64,000 bases of DNA from Candidatus Levyibacteriota bacterium (GTDB lineage: Bacteria; Patescibacteriota; Microgenomatia; Levybacterales; UBA12049), in contig DAIDHK010000006.1 of NCBI GenBank assembly GCA_027459725.1, positions 1,895-65,894 on the forward strand, in the 5' to 3' direction. Under the pieces are notes generated by a model, which searched no databases, was not told where the DNA came from, and worked only from the letters and a program-made list of their open reading frames with translations. Below are positions 9,483-18,873 of this stretch, piece after piece (positions within the stretch are counted from its first letter, which is position 1; each line of letters begins with the position of its first letter). The translations under genes and the position numbers were made by a program.

Positions 9483-10394
9483 TTACATTTGCATATCTTG
9501 CATAGAATTGTTTGGCTTCATATGAGGATATGAGGTGGGAGCCATGTAGTTCATTATAACCGAAGTAAAAAGATTATTTACAGGTGAAGAATAAGTTATG
9601 GGGGATACGTTTTCAGTGGGTTGCGTTAGTTGATTAAATACAGACCGATTTAACTCTATGGAGTTTTGTTTAACGTTATATACCCATTTATTAAATTCTG
9701 TTTGGGATACAGATATTGTGATAAATTTCATCTCCGAAAATCCCTTGCCATTTATCTCCGTGTCTGTTCCATAAAACTGTCCCGTGGTGTTAGCCATTAA
9801 ATGTGTTTGCGTGGACATACCTGACATAGCATAGATTTGTCCACCCAGCTGGGGAATCCAGAAAGATGTCATAGGAGACTGGTCAGCTGTTAGTTCGAAC
9901 TGAACAGGAGTTTTCTCAGGTATCTCCAGTAAGTTAAGTGAAGCTATACCTAGTTTGGGATAAACAAATAGCCATTTCCAGCGTAACGCGATAACCTGGA
10001 CGGTGAGAGGTTGATTGATGGAAGCAATAGATTGACTGGGGTCTAAGCGATGTGTATAGTTCCAGTTAATAAAACCCATCGTACTGACCATAAAGATTGT
10101 AAAAGCCCACCAGAAAATCTGAATGCCATGATTATGATCCCATTCGGGCAAATATTTTGCCTCACTATTGGACTCTCTATATTTTATTGCGACAAAAATA
10201 GCGAAAATAAAAACCGGTACAATAACAATCGACATCATAATAAGGGCAATAAACATTAATTGTCTTTCCTGGACAGCAATTATTCCTTCTGGGTTGAGAA
10301 CGGCAAAATTATAGTTATGTAGTAAGATCCAGCCTATCAGGATAACATCAAAGATAATGAATGAAGAGATAAGAAGTCTAGCAAAGTATTTCAT
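9483..10394 (-). CDS. cyoA: Quinol oxidase subunit II (CuA-less)
   Basis: 303 aa, two N-terminal TM helices plus a cupredoxin-like domain. No Cys residues where the CuA site H..C.E.C..H..M would lie, so it is quinol-oxidising (bo3/aa3-600 type) rather than cytochrome-c-oxidising. Confidence 0.8.
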   Translation of the reverse strand: MKYFARLLISSFIIFDVILIGWILLHNYNFAVLNPEGIIAVQERQLMFIALIMMSIVIVPVFIFAIFVAIKYRESNSEAKYLPEWDHNHGIQIFWWAFTIFMVSTMGFINWNYTHRLDPSQSIASINQPLTVQVIALRWKWLFVYPKLGIASLNLLEIPEKTPVQFELTADQSPMTSFWIPQLGGQIYAMSGMSTQTHLMANTTGQFYGTDTEINGKGFSEMKFITISVSQTEFNKWVYNVKQNSIELNRSVFNQLTQPTENVSPITYSSPVNNLFTSVIMNYMAPTSYPHMKPNNSMQDMQM

Positions 10395-10540
10395 CGGCCT
10401 TTTTAGTATAACTGGTAAAAACTAAAAATACCAAGTTGATAACAATACGTCAGCCGTAGAAGGTACAATACATCAGCAAAATTATCCTTCATGATCCATC
10501 AGTAGTTTACTTTATTGATATACTTTTATATGCTGTTAAT

Positions 10541-11206
10541 ATGTTTAATAATTTTCGTGACCGGTTGCTATTTATAAAGTTATCAAGAGATGAACAATAT
10601 GCACGGCTTGCATTTTTTATTTTGGGAGTGGTGTGTACGGCGATTGTAATTGATCTTATATACTTAAATTTATTCCTTCTTAACCGCGGGAATAATGCCG
10701 TTTTTACCAGTAGCTCTATCAAACATTCAATTACTTCAGTTCCATCACCTATGATGGTGGATAGTCTGTCTCCAACTTCAATTCCTACACCAGTACCTAC
10801 CACGATTACCTCATCGGGTAGTAGTGGAGTACAAAGTGGGGGTGTAAAAGATTTATATATTCCTTTGGGATCAGGTACTACTCAATCCAATGTCTGGACC
10901 AATATCCCCGGAGCAGAAGCACAAATTGATTTTGGTCAGTATCAACATATTAAGGAGGTACGCTTCGAAGCTTCAATATATGTTCCCGACAGCAATGAAG
11001 CTGTATCGGTGCGTTTGTACAATATAACAGATAATCATCCAGTATGGTACTCGCAGGTTACAACTAATAGCAACAACAATAACTATCTAATCTCAGGACC
11101 TGTTAGTTATGTTTTTGGTCAGAAGTTATATCAAGTACAAATGGAAACACAATTGCAGGCACCTGCTAATTTGGTTCAGTCGAGAATACACGTTATTCTA
11201 AACTGA
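10541..11206 (+). CDS. Membrane-anchored hypothetical protein with Ser/Thr/Pro-rich linker and beta-rich C-terminal domain
   Basis: 221 aa; TM helix (LAFFILGVVCTAIVIDLIYL), then TSVPSPMMVDSLSPTSIPTPVPTTITSSGSSG linker. No recognisable enzyme motifs. Confidence 0.4.
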   Translation: MFNNFRDRLLFIKLSRDEQYARLAFFILGVVCTAIVIDLIYLNLFLLNRGNNAVFTSSSIKHSITSVPSPMMVDSLSPTSIPTPVPTTITSSGSSGVQSGGVKDLYIPLGSGTTQSNVWTNIPGAEAQIDFGQYQHIKEVRFEASIYVPDSNEAVSVRLYNITDNHPVWYSQVTTNSNNNNYLISGPVSYVFGQKLYQVQMETQLQAPANLVQSRIHVILN

Positions 11207-11529
11207 AAATAGTTCAGTTATGGTAATATATTACTTTTGAGTGGAGATTATAGTTTGATATGCATTAATATAATTATCTGTCATTCTTTTCTCACTATCA
11301 TCAAAAAATTTTCCACCTGCTCTGTTTACGTTTATTACATTATTCGCTATAGATTGGCATTGAGGCATGATTGGGGAGATGATAAAGGAAACGGGGATGG
11401 TATTATCTGTATAATCTACAAGAGTCAGGTCTGCAATCAATGTCTACTATGGATTATGAGTTAAGGACATTATGAAACATATCACATTACCGCTTCACAT
11501 TAATTGACAGATCAGCTAAAATATGCGCA

Positions 11530-12189
11530 ATGTTTAAAATACAGAAATTAGATTTTTTAATTGCTTTTTATGTCACATGTGTGATGATTTCTGAGTTAAT
11601 GGGATCCAAGACATTTCCTATTGCTACTATTGTAGGATTCCATCTCAGCGCAACAGTAGTTATTTTTATTCTGCCGTTTGTTTATGCGGCTAATGATATT
11701 ATTGTTGAGGTTTTTGGTAAAGCTAGAGCTCAAAGTGTAGTTCGCTCAAGTCTATTAATGATCTTTTTCTTGTTTTTGTTTTCAATTTTGGCTACATTGT
11801 TGCCACCGGATGCGCGTTTTACCCCACAAAACAGAGAATATAGTGATATTTTCGGTATTTCCATCCGTTTCTCGGCAGCCAGTTTGATTGCTTTTGCTGT
11901 TAGTGAGTTTTTAGATGTATATATTTTTGCACGCATGCGCCAACGTTTGGGGAAGAAAAAATTGTGGTTGCGCACTAATGTTTCAAATTTTGTTAGTGAA
12001 TTTTTTGATACAGCACTATTTATGACACTTGCATTTTATACTTTCAATTTATCTATAGGAGATAATATTAACTTTATTGCAGGTTTATCCCTACCTTATT
12101 GGCTTTTACGTTGTGGAATGTCGGTTATAGAAACACCGTTAGTTTATATTGGTGTAAGGTGGTTAAAGAGCGAAAAAGTTAGAGCATGA
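11530..12189 (+). CDS. Queuosine-precursor transporter, YhhQ/VUT (COG1738) family
   Basis: 219 aa, 6 TM; ANDIIVEVFGK and FFDTALFMTLAF motifs typical of YhhQ. Confidence 0.65.
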   Translation: MFKIQKLDFLIAFYVTCVMISELMGSKTFPIATIVGFHLSATVVIFILPFVYAANDIIVEVFGKARAQSVVRSSLLMIFFLFLFSILATLLPPDARFTPQNREYSDIFGISIRFSAASLIAFAVSEFLDVYIFARMRQRLGKKKLWLRTNVSNFVSEFFDTALFMTLAFYTFNLSIGDNINFIAGLSLPYWLLRCGMSVIETPLVYIGVRWLKSEKVRA

Positions 12190-12710
12190 ACATTATCTTC
12201 ATTGCAGTCACTTCCGTAGATGGAAAAATGACAAAAGGAGTCAATCCTCTGGTGCACGAATGGACTTCTTCTGAGGATGCGAAGCATTTTCTTAATACTC
12301 GAAATGAACACAATCTTATTGTTATGGGTAGCAAAACTTATGATGTCGTAAAGCCCTTAGCAGAAAAGAGTAGATTAAGAATTATCCTTACCCGAAACCC
12401 TGATAATTATGCTCAAGAAAAAGTTGTAGGACAGATTGAGTTCTCTAGCGAATCTGTAACTGCTTTGGTTAAGAGAATGGAAAAATTGGGATACCAAAAG
12501 ATGTTGCTTGTAGCAGGTCAAAAAGTAGCAACCGATTTTTTTCTTGCTAATTTAGTCAACGAATTTTGGTTGACAATTGAACCTAAACTTTTTGGTATGG
12601 GGAATAGTTTACTTACTCAAGAAATGGAGATTGATTTAGAATTGTTTAGCCTAGAAAAGCTAAATGAAAAGGGAACATTATTACTAAAATATAGAGTGAA
12701 AAAGAGATAG
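12186..12710 (+). CDS. Dihydrofolate-reductase-family protein (second paralog), start overlaps yhhQ stop
   Basis: 174 aa; IAVTSVDGKMTKG...VMGSKTY...RIILTRNP follows the DHFR/RibD_C pattern. ATGA overlap with the upstream gene. Confidence 0.6.
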   Translation: MNIIFIAVTSVDGKMTKGVNPLVHEWTSSEDAKHFLNTRNEHNLIVMGSKTYDVVKPLAEKSRLRIILTRNPDNYAQEKVVGQIEFSSESVTALVKRMEKLGYQKMLLVAGQKVATDFFLANLVNEFWLTIEPKLFGMGNSLLTQEMEIDLELFSLEKLNEKGTLLLKYRVKKR

Positions 12711-12795
12711 AGAAAAGTAATTTTAATTTTCCTCTTTATATATAATAACAAATATATTGACGCTTACGTTACGTAATAGTTTATAATCCCTGTAT

Positions 12796-13560
12796 ATGGA
12801 ATACACAGTTAAGAAACTAGCCAAGTTGTCAGGTATTACTGTCAGAGCACTTCATTATTACGATCAAATCGGATTACTAAAACCCAATAGTGTCAAAGCG
12901 AACGGTTATCGCGTTTATAATGATCGTGAACTGGAAATGTTACAGCAGATTATGTTTTTTCGCGAACTGGGATTTTCTCTAAGAAAAATAAAACAGATTG
13001 TGCAGGATAATGACTTTAATGTTTTACAGGCTTTGACTGAGCAGAGAACTCTGTTGACAATAAAGAAAAAAAGGCTGGAAAATTTACTGTTGACTATAGA
13101 TAAAACTTTTAATTCTTTGAAAGAGGGTGAGAGTATGAGTGATGATGCGAAGTTTTCAGCTTTTAGTGACCAGAACTATCAGAAATATAAAAATGAGGTA
13201 GAAAGTCGTTGGGGTAACACAAAAGCTTACATACAATCCATGAAGAAAGTAGGTAAGATGTCAAAGAAAAATTTAGATGATATAAAAGTAGAAGCAGAGG
13301 ATATCTATGCGACTATCGCTAATCTGTATATGCAAGGCTTAATAGTCGAAAGCTTAGAAGTGCAGAATCAAATTGAACGTTTCTATCAGCATTTAGGAAA
13401 TTTTTATGAGCCCAGTTATGAAATGTTTAAAAATTTAGGTTATATGTATGTGGATGATGAGCGATTTAAGGAGTTCTATGAGAAACGTGCCAAAGGTTTA
13501 GCTCATTTCATGCGTGATGCGATGGCATATTATGCAAACAAGCATAATAAAAATGCTTAA
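12796..13560 (+). CDS. MerR-family transcriptional regulator with TipAS-like C-terminal domain
   Basis: N-terminal HTH: YTVKKLAKLSGITVRALHYYDQIGLL...GYRVYNDRELEMLQQIMFFRELGFSL. The long C-terminal helical domain is like TipAL/Mta. Confidence 0.8.
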   Translation: MEYTVKKLAKLSGITVRALHYYDQIGLLKPNSVKANGYRVYNDRELEMLQQIMFFRELGFSLRKIKQIVQDNDFNVLQALTEQRTLLTIKKKRLENLLLTIDKTFNSLKEGESMSDDAKFSAFSDQNYQKYKNEVESRWGNTKAYIQSMKKVGKMSKKNLDDIKVEAEDIYATIANLYMQGLIVESLEVQNQIERFYQHLGNFYEPSYEMFKNLGYMYVDDERFKEFYEKRAKGLAHFMRDAMAYYANKHNKNA

Positions 13561-13888
13561 TCTCTAATTGGCCTTTTCGCGAAGGGCCAGGGGATTTATA
13601 GTTATCTGACTACAGCAAAGAATAACGCTACAGCGGCGAGAATAGCAGCTACTAGCCACATCGTTTTATTATTTTTTAAACTATTCAAATCTAAATTCAT
13701 GTTTATATCTTAAACAAATTTGATTTTATACACAAGCGAGAAATCTCTTGTATTGCAAAGTTACAGCAGATGTGCTAACTTTAATAATTGTGCGAAAAAG
13801 ACAAAATGAAAGAAAAATAAAGTAAAAGCTCATATCTATCCCATAAAGAATATATAGAATTAAGGCGATTGTTTTAAAAAAGCTTCCA

Positions 13889-14278
13889 ATGAAAACCATT
13901 CAACAAACATATCACATACAAGCTTCTCCTGCGGATGTCTGGAGAGCTTTGACCAATGCTAAAGATATTGAGAACTGGAGTGCGGGACCAGCCAGAATGA
14001 ATGATCAAGTAGGTACTGAATTTTCTTTGTGGTCCGGTAATATCTGGGGTAAAAATATAAAAGTTGTCCCTCAGAAGCAGCTAATACAAGAATGGTACAG
14101 CGTAGAGGACAAGCCGTGGGATAAACCTTCGGTAGTAAATTTTATGCTCTGTGCAGAGAAAAATGGAACACAAGTAGAGCTATTACAGACTGATGTGCCG
14201 GATGAATATGCAAAGGGTATTAGCGATGGATGGAGAGAATATTACTTAGGCCCTCTTAAAGATTATATAGAACAGTAA
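13889..14278 (+). CDS. SRPBCC-superfamily protein (AHSA1/Aha1-like domain)
   Basis: 129 aa; ASPADVWRALTNAKDIENW...GWREYY pattern of the Activator-of-Hsp90-ATPase-homologue/START-like fold. Confidence 0.6.
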   Translation: MKTIQQTYHIQASPADVWRALTNAKDIENWSAGPARMNDQVGTEFSLWSGNIWGKNIKVVPQKQLIQEWYSVEDKPWDKPSVVNFMLCAEKNGTQVELLQTDVPDEYAKGISDGWREYYLGPLKDYIEQ

Positions 14279-14360
14279 ACATCGTAATTTTAGTTACAGC
14301 CCTGCTTGACATGAGTAGATCCTAGAGATAAGTTAAATACACGGTATTTATTTTCTGCTC

Positions 14361-15659
14361 ATGCGAATTGAAGAATTAGAAAAAAAGATTTATGTTTGCT
14401 TGGATGAACTAGCACACGATGATGGTTTCAATGCCTCGGGAAAAAGTGAGGTTTTCGGCTGCATCTTCGGTCGGGATAGTTTCATTACTATATTAAAGCT
14501 TCTGCGGACTCTGAAAGTACGTCCGGATGGCAAATTACTGTCCACTTGCAAGAAGAGTTTACTCAAACATATAGAGTTGCAGGGAAAAAATTTAAACATC
14601 GAGAGTGGGGAACAGCTAGGGAAATTTATTCATGAATATAGAGTAGACAAATATGAAAGATTAACCGCTCGTAGAAAACCTTGGTATGTCTATCCGGACA
14701 AAATATTGCGTAATTACGACAGTATAGATGCTACACCGCTGGGTTTGATCGCGATTTATCGTTATTGGGAGTTGACCAATGATGGCCATTTCTTACTAAC
14801 TGTTTTACCTTCTGTCGAAAAAGGTTTGAACTGGATTATGTCTTATGGGGATATGGATAAGGATTATCTGCTGGAATATTCTTTACCTGCAGAGCGTCTC
14901 CATGGAGGTCTTGCAGTTCAATCCTGGGCTGACTCTATTCCATCTCTAGCTGATACAGCAGGAAAGTTACCTGATTACCCTATAGCACCCGTAGAGGTAC
15001 AGGGTATAGCGTGGTTAGCTCTCAGATTATGGTCTAATTATTTTTCCGGTGCTTATAAAGAGACTCAAAATATCCGGTTTAGTAAAAAACTAAGATTATT
15101 TGCAGATAAAATGAAAAAGCGTTTTAATAGAATGTTTTTAATGAGCACCTCTGAGGGTTTATTTCTTGCTCAAGCATTGGATGGACATAAAAGACAAGTC
15201 AGAACAGTAACATCACATCCTCTGATTTGTCTGTGGTCGGCCATTGAAGAAAATGATCACTATGAATCAATAATTGATGAAGTGTATATAAATTCAATCG
15301 TACATCGTGCGTTTGAAACGGATTTATTTGTCCCTGGTGCGGGAATGCGTACTATGAGCACTAAATCATCGACATTTGATCCAACTGAGGCTTCTTATCA
15401 TAATGGCAGCTTCTGGCCTATGCTTAATGGTTTGATTATTGAAGGTTTGCATAATTTTGATTATTTTACAGAGGCAGCTAAATTGAGTAATGCTAGCTTA
15501 TCTGCACTGCAGTATTTTGGTCTGCCTATTGAATTATACATTCAAAATGAGGGTAAATTTTCAATTTACAGAAATCCCCTCAGCGGTCAGCAAAGCTGTT
15601 TAAATCAGGCGTGGTCAGCTGCTTCTGCATATGATTTATTGCTTTCTGTGATAAAATAA
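14361..15659 (+). CDS. Six-hairpin glycosidase, amylo-alpha-1,6-glucosidase (GDE_C)/GH63-like
   Basis: 432 aa; DATPLGLIAIYRYWELTNDGHFL and YHNGSFWPMLNGLIIEGL are characteristic of debranching-enzyme-like or mannosyl/glucosyl-glycerate hydrolase-like (alpha/alpha)6 barrels. Confidence 0.6.
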   Translation: MRIEELEKKIYVCLDELAHDDGFNASGKSEVFGCIFGRDSFITILKLLRTLKVRPDGKLLSTCKKSLLKHIELQGKNLNIESGEQLGKFIHEYRVDKYERLTARRKPWYVYPDKILRNYDSIDATPLGLIAIYRYWELTNDGHFLLTVLPSVEKGLNWIMSYGDMDKDYLLEYSLPAERLHGGLAVQSWADSIPSLADTAGKLPDYPIAPVEVQGIAWLALRLWSNYFSGAYKETQNIRFSKKLRLFADKMKKRFNRMFLMSTSEGLFLAQALDGHKRQVRTVTSHPLICLWSAIEENDHYESIIDEVYINSIVHRAFETDLFVPGAGMRTMSTKSSTFDPTEASYHNGSFWPMLNGLIIEGLHNFDYFTEAAKLSNASLSALQYFGLPIELYIQNEGKFSIYRNPLSGQQSCLNQAWSAASAYDLLLSVIK

Positions 15660-15723
15660 TTTCCTCTTGCGCTATTCTTACTTGGTTATGTTTTAAATCT
15701 TAAGCCACAAAAGTATACTGCTG

Positions 15724-16854
15724 ATGTTTATGAGAATTGCACAAATAGCACCTCCTTACGAAAGTGTGCCTCCGAAAAAATATGGGGGGACAGAAAGGAT
15801 TGTGTCTGCTCTTACAGAAGAACTCGTAAAAAGGGGTCATGATGTTACTTTATTTGCCAGTGGGGATTCTTCCACTTCAGCACGTTTGATCTCGACTTTT
15901 TCCAGGGGTATAAGAGAAGAATTTCCGCATGATATGAATCCTTTTGATGATGCCCAAAGGACCATGGCTTTTGTACAGCACTTGGTAAAAGTATATAAAA
16001 TGGCTGGTCAGTTTGATATCATACATGATCATACTACGTTGCGCAGTTTGCCTCTGGGACTTGCGTTTGGACAATATAGTAAGGTCCCGGTGATATCTAC
16101 CTTACATGGAGTATTAAGCGAAAATAATATTAAAAATTACGAAAATCTTAATAGGGCCTATCTGGTGGCCATCTCTGAATCTCAAAAAAGACCCGCTCCT
16201 GATTTAAACTATATTGCTACTGTTTATAATGGGCTTGATATGGCAAAGTATCCTTTTTGTGATAAGCCTGGTGACTACTTATTACATGTTGGACGTATTA
16301 GTCATCTGAAAGGTGTACATCATGCAATTTCCATTGCTAAAAAGTTAGGCCTTCCCTTAATTATTGCTGCCAAACTTGATGAGATTGATAAACCATATTA
16401 TGAAGAGAAAGTTAAACCCTTTATTGATGGTCGGCAAATTAGGTGGGTAGGAGAGGTTAGTGAAGATGAAAGAAATATATTGATGGCCAATGCCTTATGC
16501 TTTATGCATTCATTGGAATGGGAAGAGCCATTTGGTTTAACTTTGATAGAATCAATGGCTACTGGCACTCCTGTTGCAGCTTTTAATCATGGATCAATGC
16601 CTGAAATTATTCAGCAGGGCAAGACTGGTTGGATAGCTGATTCGGAAGACGAGTTGGCGGAGCTAATTAAAAATAATGCCTACAGTATAAATCGTCATTA
16701 TTGCAGATCTTATGCTTTAAGAAAGTTCAGTGCCAAAAGAATGGTCAATGATTATGAAATGATTTATGAAAGTATTGTGGGAGCTGAACAATTTCCAACA
16801 TTATGGTACCGAAGACATCAAGTCAAACAACTTAATTTATCTGACAATAATTAG
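15724..16854 (+). CDS. Glycosyltransferase family 4 (GT-B, retaining)
   Basis: IAPPYESVPPKKYGGTERIVSALTEELVKRGHDVTLFASGDS at the N-terminus; EEPFGLTLIESMATGTPV (E-x7-E region) in the C-terminal domain. Confidence 0.8.
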   Translation: MFMRIAQIAPPYESVPPKKYGGTERIVSALTEELVKRGHDVTLFASGDSSTSARLISTFSRGIREEFPHDMNPFDDAQRTMAFVQHLVKVYKMAGQFDIIHDHTTLRSLPLGLAFGQYSKVPVISTLHGVLSENNIKNYENLNRAYLVAISESQKRPAPDLNYIATVYNGLDMAKYPFCDKPGDYLLHVGRISHLKGVHHAISIAKKLGLPLIIAAKLDEIDKPYYEEKVKPFIDGRQIRWVGEVSEDERNILMANALCFMHSLEWEEPFGLTLIESMATGTPVAAFNHGSMPEIIQQGKTGWIADSEDELAELIKNNAYSINRHYCRSYALRKFSAKRMVNDYEMIYESIVGAEQFPTLWYRRHQVKQLNLSDNN

Positions 16855-16890
16855 TTTTGGAATTATTTTTGAGAAACGGAGGTGATGTGA

Positions 16891-17208
16891 ATGGCAGATA
16901 AAAATAACAATTATGATCATAAACGCGAAAATAAGAAAAATACACGTGATAAAGATGTAATCAATTCTATGGTGGCTGGTGCAGCTGGAGCGGTGATAGG
17001 AGCGGGAGTAGCAATTGCAGGAGCTGCAGTTCTTAGAGATGAAAAAAATCGTGAAAAAGTTAAGTATATGTTAAGCAAGGTTAAGGATCAGGCCACTGAG
17101 ACTCTACATGATGCGCGGGATACCGCAATGGAAAAAAAAGATCAAGTTCAGGATAAGGTACTGGACGGTAAAGAAGTCAAAAGCAGAGATAGAAAATCGC
17201 TCGAGTGA
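16891..17208 (+). CDS. Small hydrophilic protein with glycine-zipper segment (YtxH/LEA-like)
   Basis: 105 aa, highly charged, with a central AGAAGAVIGAGVAIAGAAVL segment. A strong GGAGGTGA Shine-Dalgarno precedes it. Confidence 0.4.
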   Translation: MADKNNNYDHKRENKKNTRDKDVINSMVAGAAGAVIGAGVAIAGAAVLRDEKNREKVKYMLSKVKDQATETLHDARDTAMEKKDQVQDKVLDGKEVKSRDRKSLE

Positions 17209-17296
17209 GAAAGAGGAAATCTTATTTGCTTATAATCTTCAGGTGATGTGGATAAATAAGATTTGGGCGGTTGAGGTTTTGTTAAAAAAATAAGGG

Positions 17297-17743
17297 CTAT
17301 TTTTTCAAATACAGATGGATATTATCCTTTATAGCTTCTTCTTTCCAGTGTAAGAAGGGGAAGTAGTTAAGGAGTACCCTAGCGCCTGGGTGTAATTCTT
17401 CTTTTAGTTTTCTTTCCAGGCGCCCCATTATTGAGGGCATAGGATAACATACTATTATGCTGTAAATAGATAAGTTAACGGTCCAGAAATCCTTATTAAT
17501 TAGATTAATATTTGTTAAATCTTCTTTTTTTATTAAACTGGATGAAAGTTGTCTAAGGTCATCATTAATCTCGTATGCGTCTATACGTTTTATGCCTGAT
17601 TTAGCCAGCGCAATAGAGATACGACCATCGCCGCTGCCTAAATCAGCGGCAATATCGCTTATCTTAGCTTGTGAAAGTTCTACCATAGTGGTTACCCGAT
17701 AACGGGAAGTAGTGAAATATGGTATTTTGGGTATGCCTTGCAT
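17297..17743 (-). CDS. Short class-I SAM-dependent methyltransferase
   Basis: DLGSGDGRISIALA (motif I) and IDAYEIND (motif II). At 148 aa it is short for the family and may be N-terminally truncated. Confidence 0.5.
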   Translation of the reverse strand: MQGIPKIPYFTTSRYRVTTMVELSQAKISDIAADLGSGDGRISIALAKSGIKRIDAYEINDDLRQLSSSLIKKEDLTNINLINKDFWTVNLSIYSIIVCYPMPSIMGRLERKLKEELHPGARVLLNYFPFLHWKEEAIKDNIHLYLKK

Positions 17744-17825
17744 ATCTGTTTTATGATGAAGTTTAATTTCCGGAATTTATTTTCACTTAGCTTAATAAGT
17801 ATAATTTACAAATTTATAACAAATT

Positions 17826-18056
17826 TTACCAGATATATGGTAAAAGACGATAATGTACGATTTGGCAGTAGTTATAATAACCGGGAATATTTTTGCATAT
17901 ATACTTATCCTCTTCAAAAAGACGTAGAATCATCCCGTAAAATCCCACCAGCAAAAAGATAAAGGTCCACGGAGAGTTTAAGGCCAGATGGGTGGCAAGT
18001 AAAATAATGGAGGCACCAAGACACATCGGATGTCCAATTATTAGAGTGAATTTCAA
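17826..18056 (-). pseudogene. C-terminal fragment of an isoprenylcysteine carboxyl methyltransferase (ICMT)/phospholipid methyltransferase-family protein
   Basis: GHPMCLG...LFEEDKYICKNIPGYYNYCQIVHYRLLPYIW matches the RHPxYxG...EE..L...FG..Y..Y...V.R.IP C-terminus of the ICMT/PEMT family. Only 76 codons, with a non-ATG start. Confidence 0.4.
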
Positions 18057-18182
18057 AGAATGTATCCACCTTCATAACTAAGTTTGCGGCTTCAAATTCT
18101 TATCGTAATCTTGCATAACTTTCACTCGATCGTAATACTGAAAAATTAAGCTATTAAATATAAGAAAGGAGGTGCATCAAGG

Positions 18183-18548
18183 ATGGAAAACAAAAACCAA
18201 GCGGTCATAGCAAGTTGGATCACTGTAATTGCAGGGATCTGGTTGATTGTTGCGCCATTCGTATTAGGATACGTTAATGGTACACCGCGTACAAATGATA
18301 TTTGGTTGGGTATTATTGTCGGCGTGGTAGCACTTATTCGTGCGTTTACACCAGCAAATACAATCTGGTTAAGTTGGATAAATATTCTTGCCGGCATTTG
18401 GTTGATTATCGCACCATTTGTGTTGGGGTATGCTAATAGTGCTCCGCGACTAAATGATATCATTCTGGGTGTTATTGTAGCCGCTGTAGCAATATGGACC
18501 AGTGCAGCAGATTCTGGTAGTAGTCATAACACACGTGCGGTTGTATGA
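18183..18548 (+). CDS. SPW-repeat-like membrane protein (two internal repeats)
   Basis: 121 aa made of two ~50-aa repeats: WITVIAGIWLIVAPFVLGYVNGTPRTNDIWLGIIVGVVA and WINILAGIWLIIAPFVLGYANSAPRLNDIILGVIVAAVA. This is the architecture of the SPW repeat family, with APF in place of SPW. Confidence 0.55.
   Translation: MENKNQAVIASWITVIAGIWLIVAPFVLGYVNGTPRTNDIWLGIIVGVVALIRAFTPANTIWLSWINILAGIWLIIAPFVLGYANSAPRLNDIILGVIVAAVAIWTSAADSGSSHNTRAVV
18213..18470 (+). repeat. Intragenic tandem duplication (~150 bp x2, ~75% identical) inside the SPW-like gene
   Basis: DNA at ~18213-18340 and ~18370-18470 aligns nearly codon for codon (aagttggat...ggttgatt...gcaccatt...gtattaggata/gtgttggggta...aatgata). Confidence 0.45.
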
Positions 18549-18826
18549 CATTAAGGTGATTAAATAGTTGCTATTGATGGAGATATGGAGTCTTCAATAA
18601 TAGAGACATCTCATGTTCATTGTCGTTAGGTGTATAAATAGTGTGTAAGTAATGGTTAAGATCATATTCTTATTAAATATACAATATTGTGAACTCTCAA
18701 CTGCTTGATATGGAAAAATTATTATTATTTCTATCTTAGGAGAAATAGTAGGGGGTTGGTAAGCGTACTGATGGTTAAGGCTATCTATATTTATTACAGC
18801 TTCTGAGGATAAAGAATTAATAAATA

Positions 18827-18873
18827 AATCTATCATAAAGATGATAGATTCGAGAATAAATGTTTTTTCTTCC
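18827..18873 (+). terminator. Perfect 10-bp inverted repeat (AATCTATCAT-aaag-ATGATAGATT) followed by a T6 run
   Basis: Read from the sequence at 18827-18850, with tttttt at 18863-18868. It lies in a convergent intergenic gap. Confidence 0.3.

Noticed and set aside
11207-11529. preQ1 riboswitch upstream of the YhhQ transporter gene
   Set aside because: No hairpin followed by the conserved A-rich tail (…CCCUCUAUAAAAAACUAA-like). Only weak promoter-like hexamers. Also the spurious ORFs 11231..11440(-) and 11237..11464(+) in the same spacer.
13568-13590. GC-rich near-palindrome GGCCTTTTCGCGAAGGGCC after the MerR gene as an intrinsic terminator
   Set aside because: No downstream T-run. Could equally be a protein-binding palindrome. 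Not called.
13604-13702. 32-codon minus-strand ORF encoding a single TM helix (MNLDLNSLKNNKTMWLVAAILAAVALFFAVVR)
   Set aside because: Too short and without a convincing RBS or conservation signal to call. Noted only.
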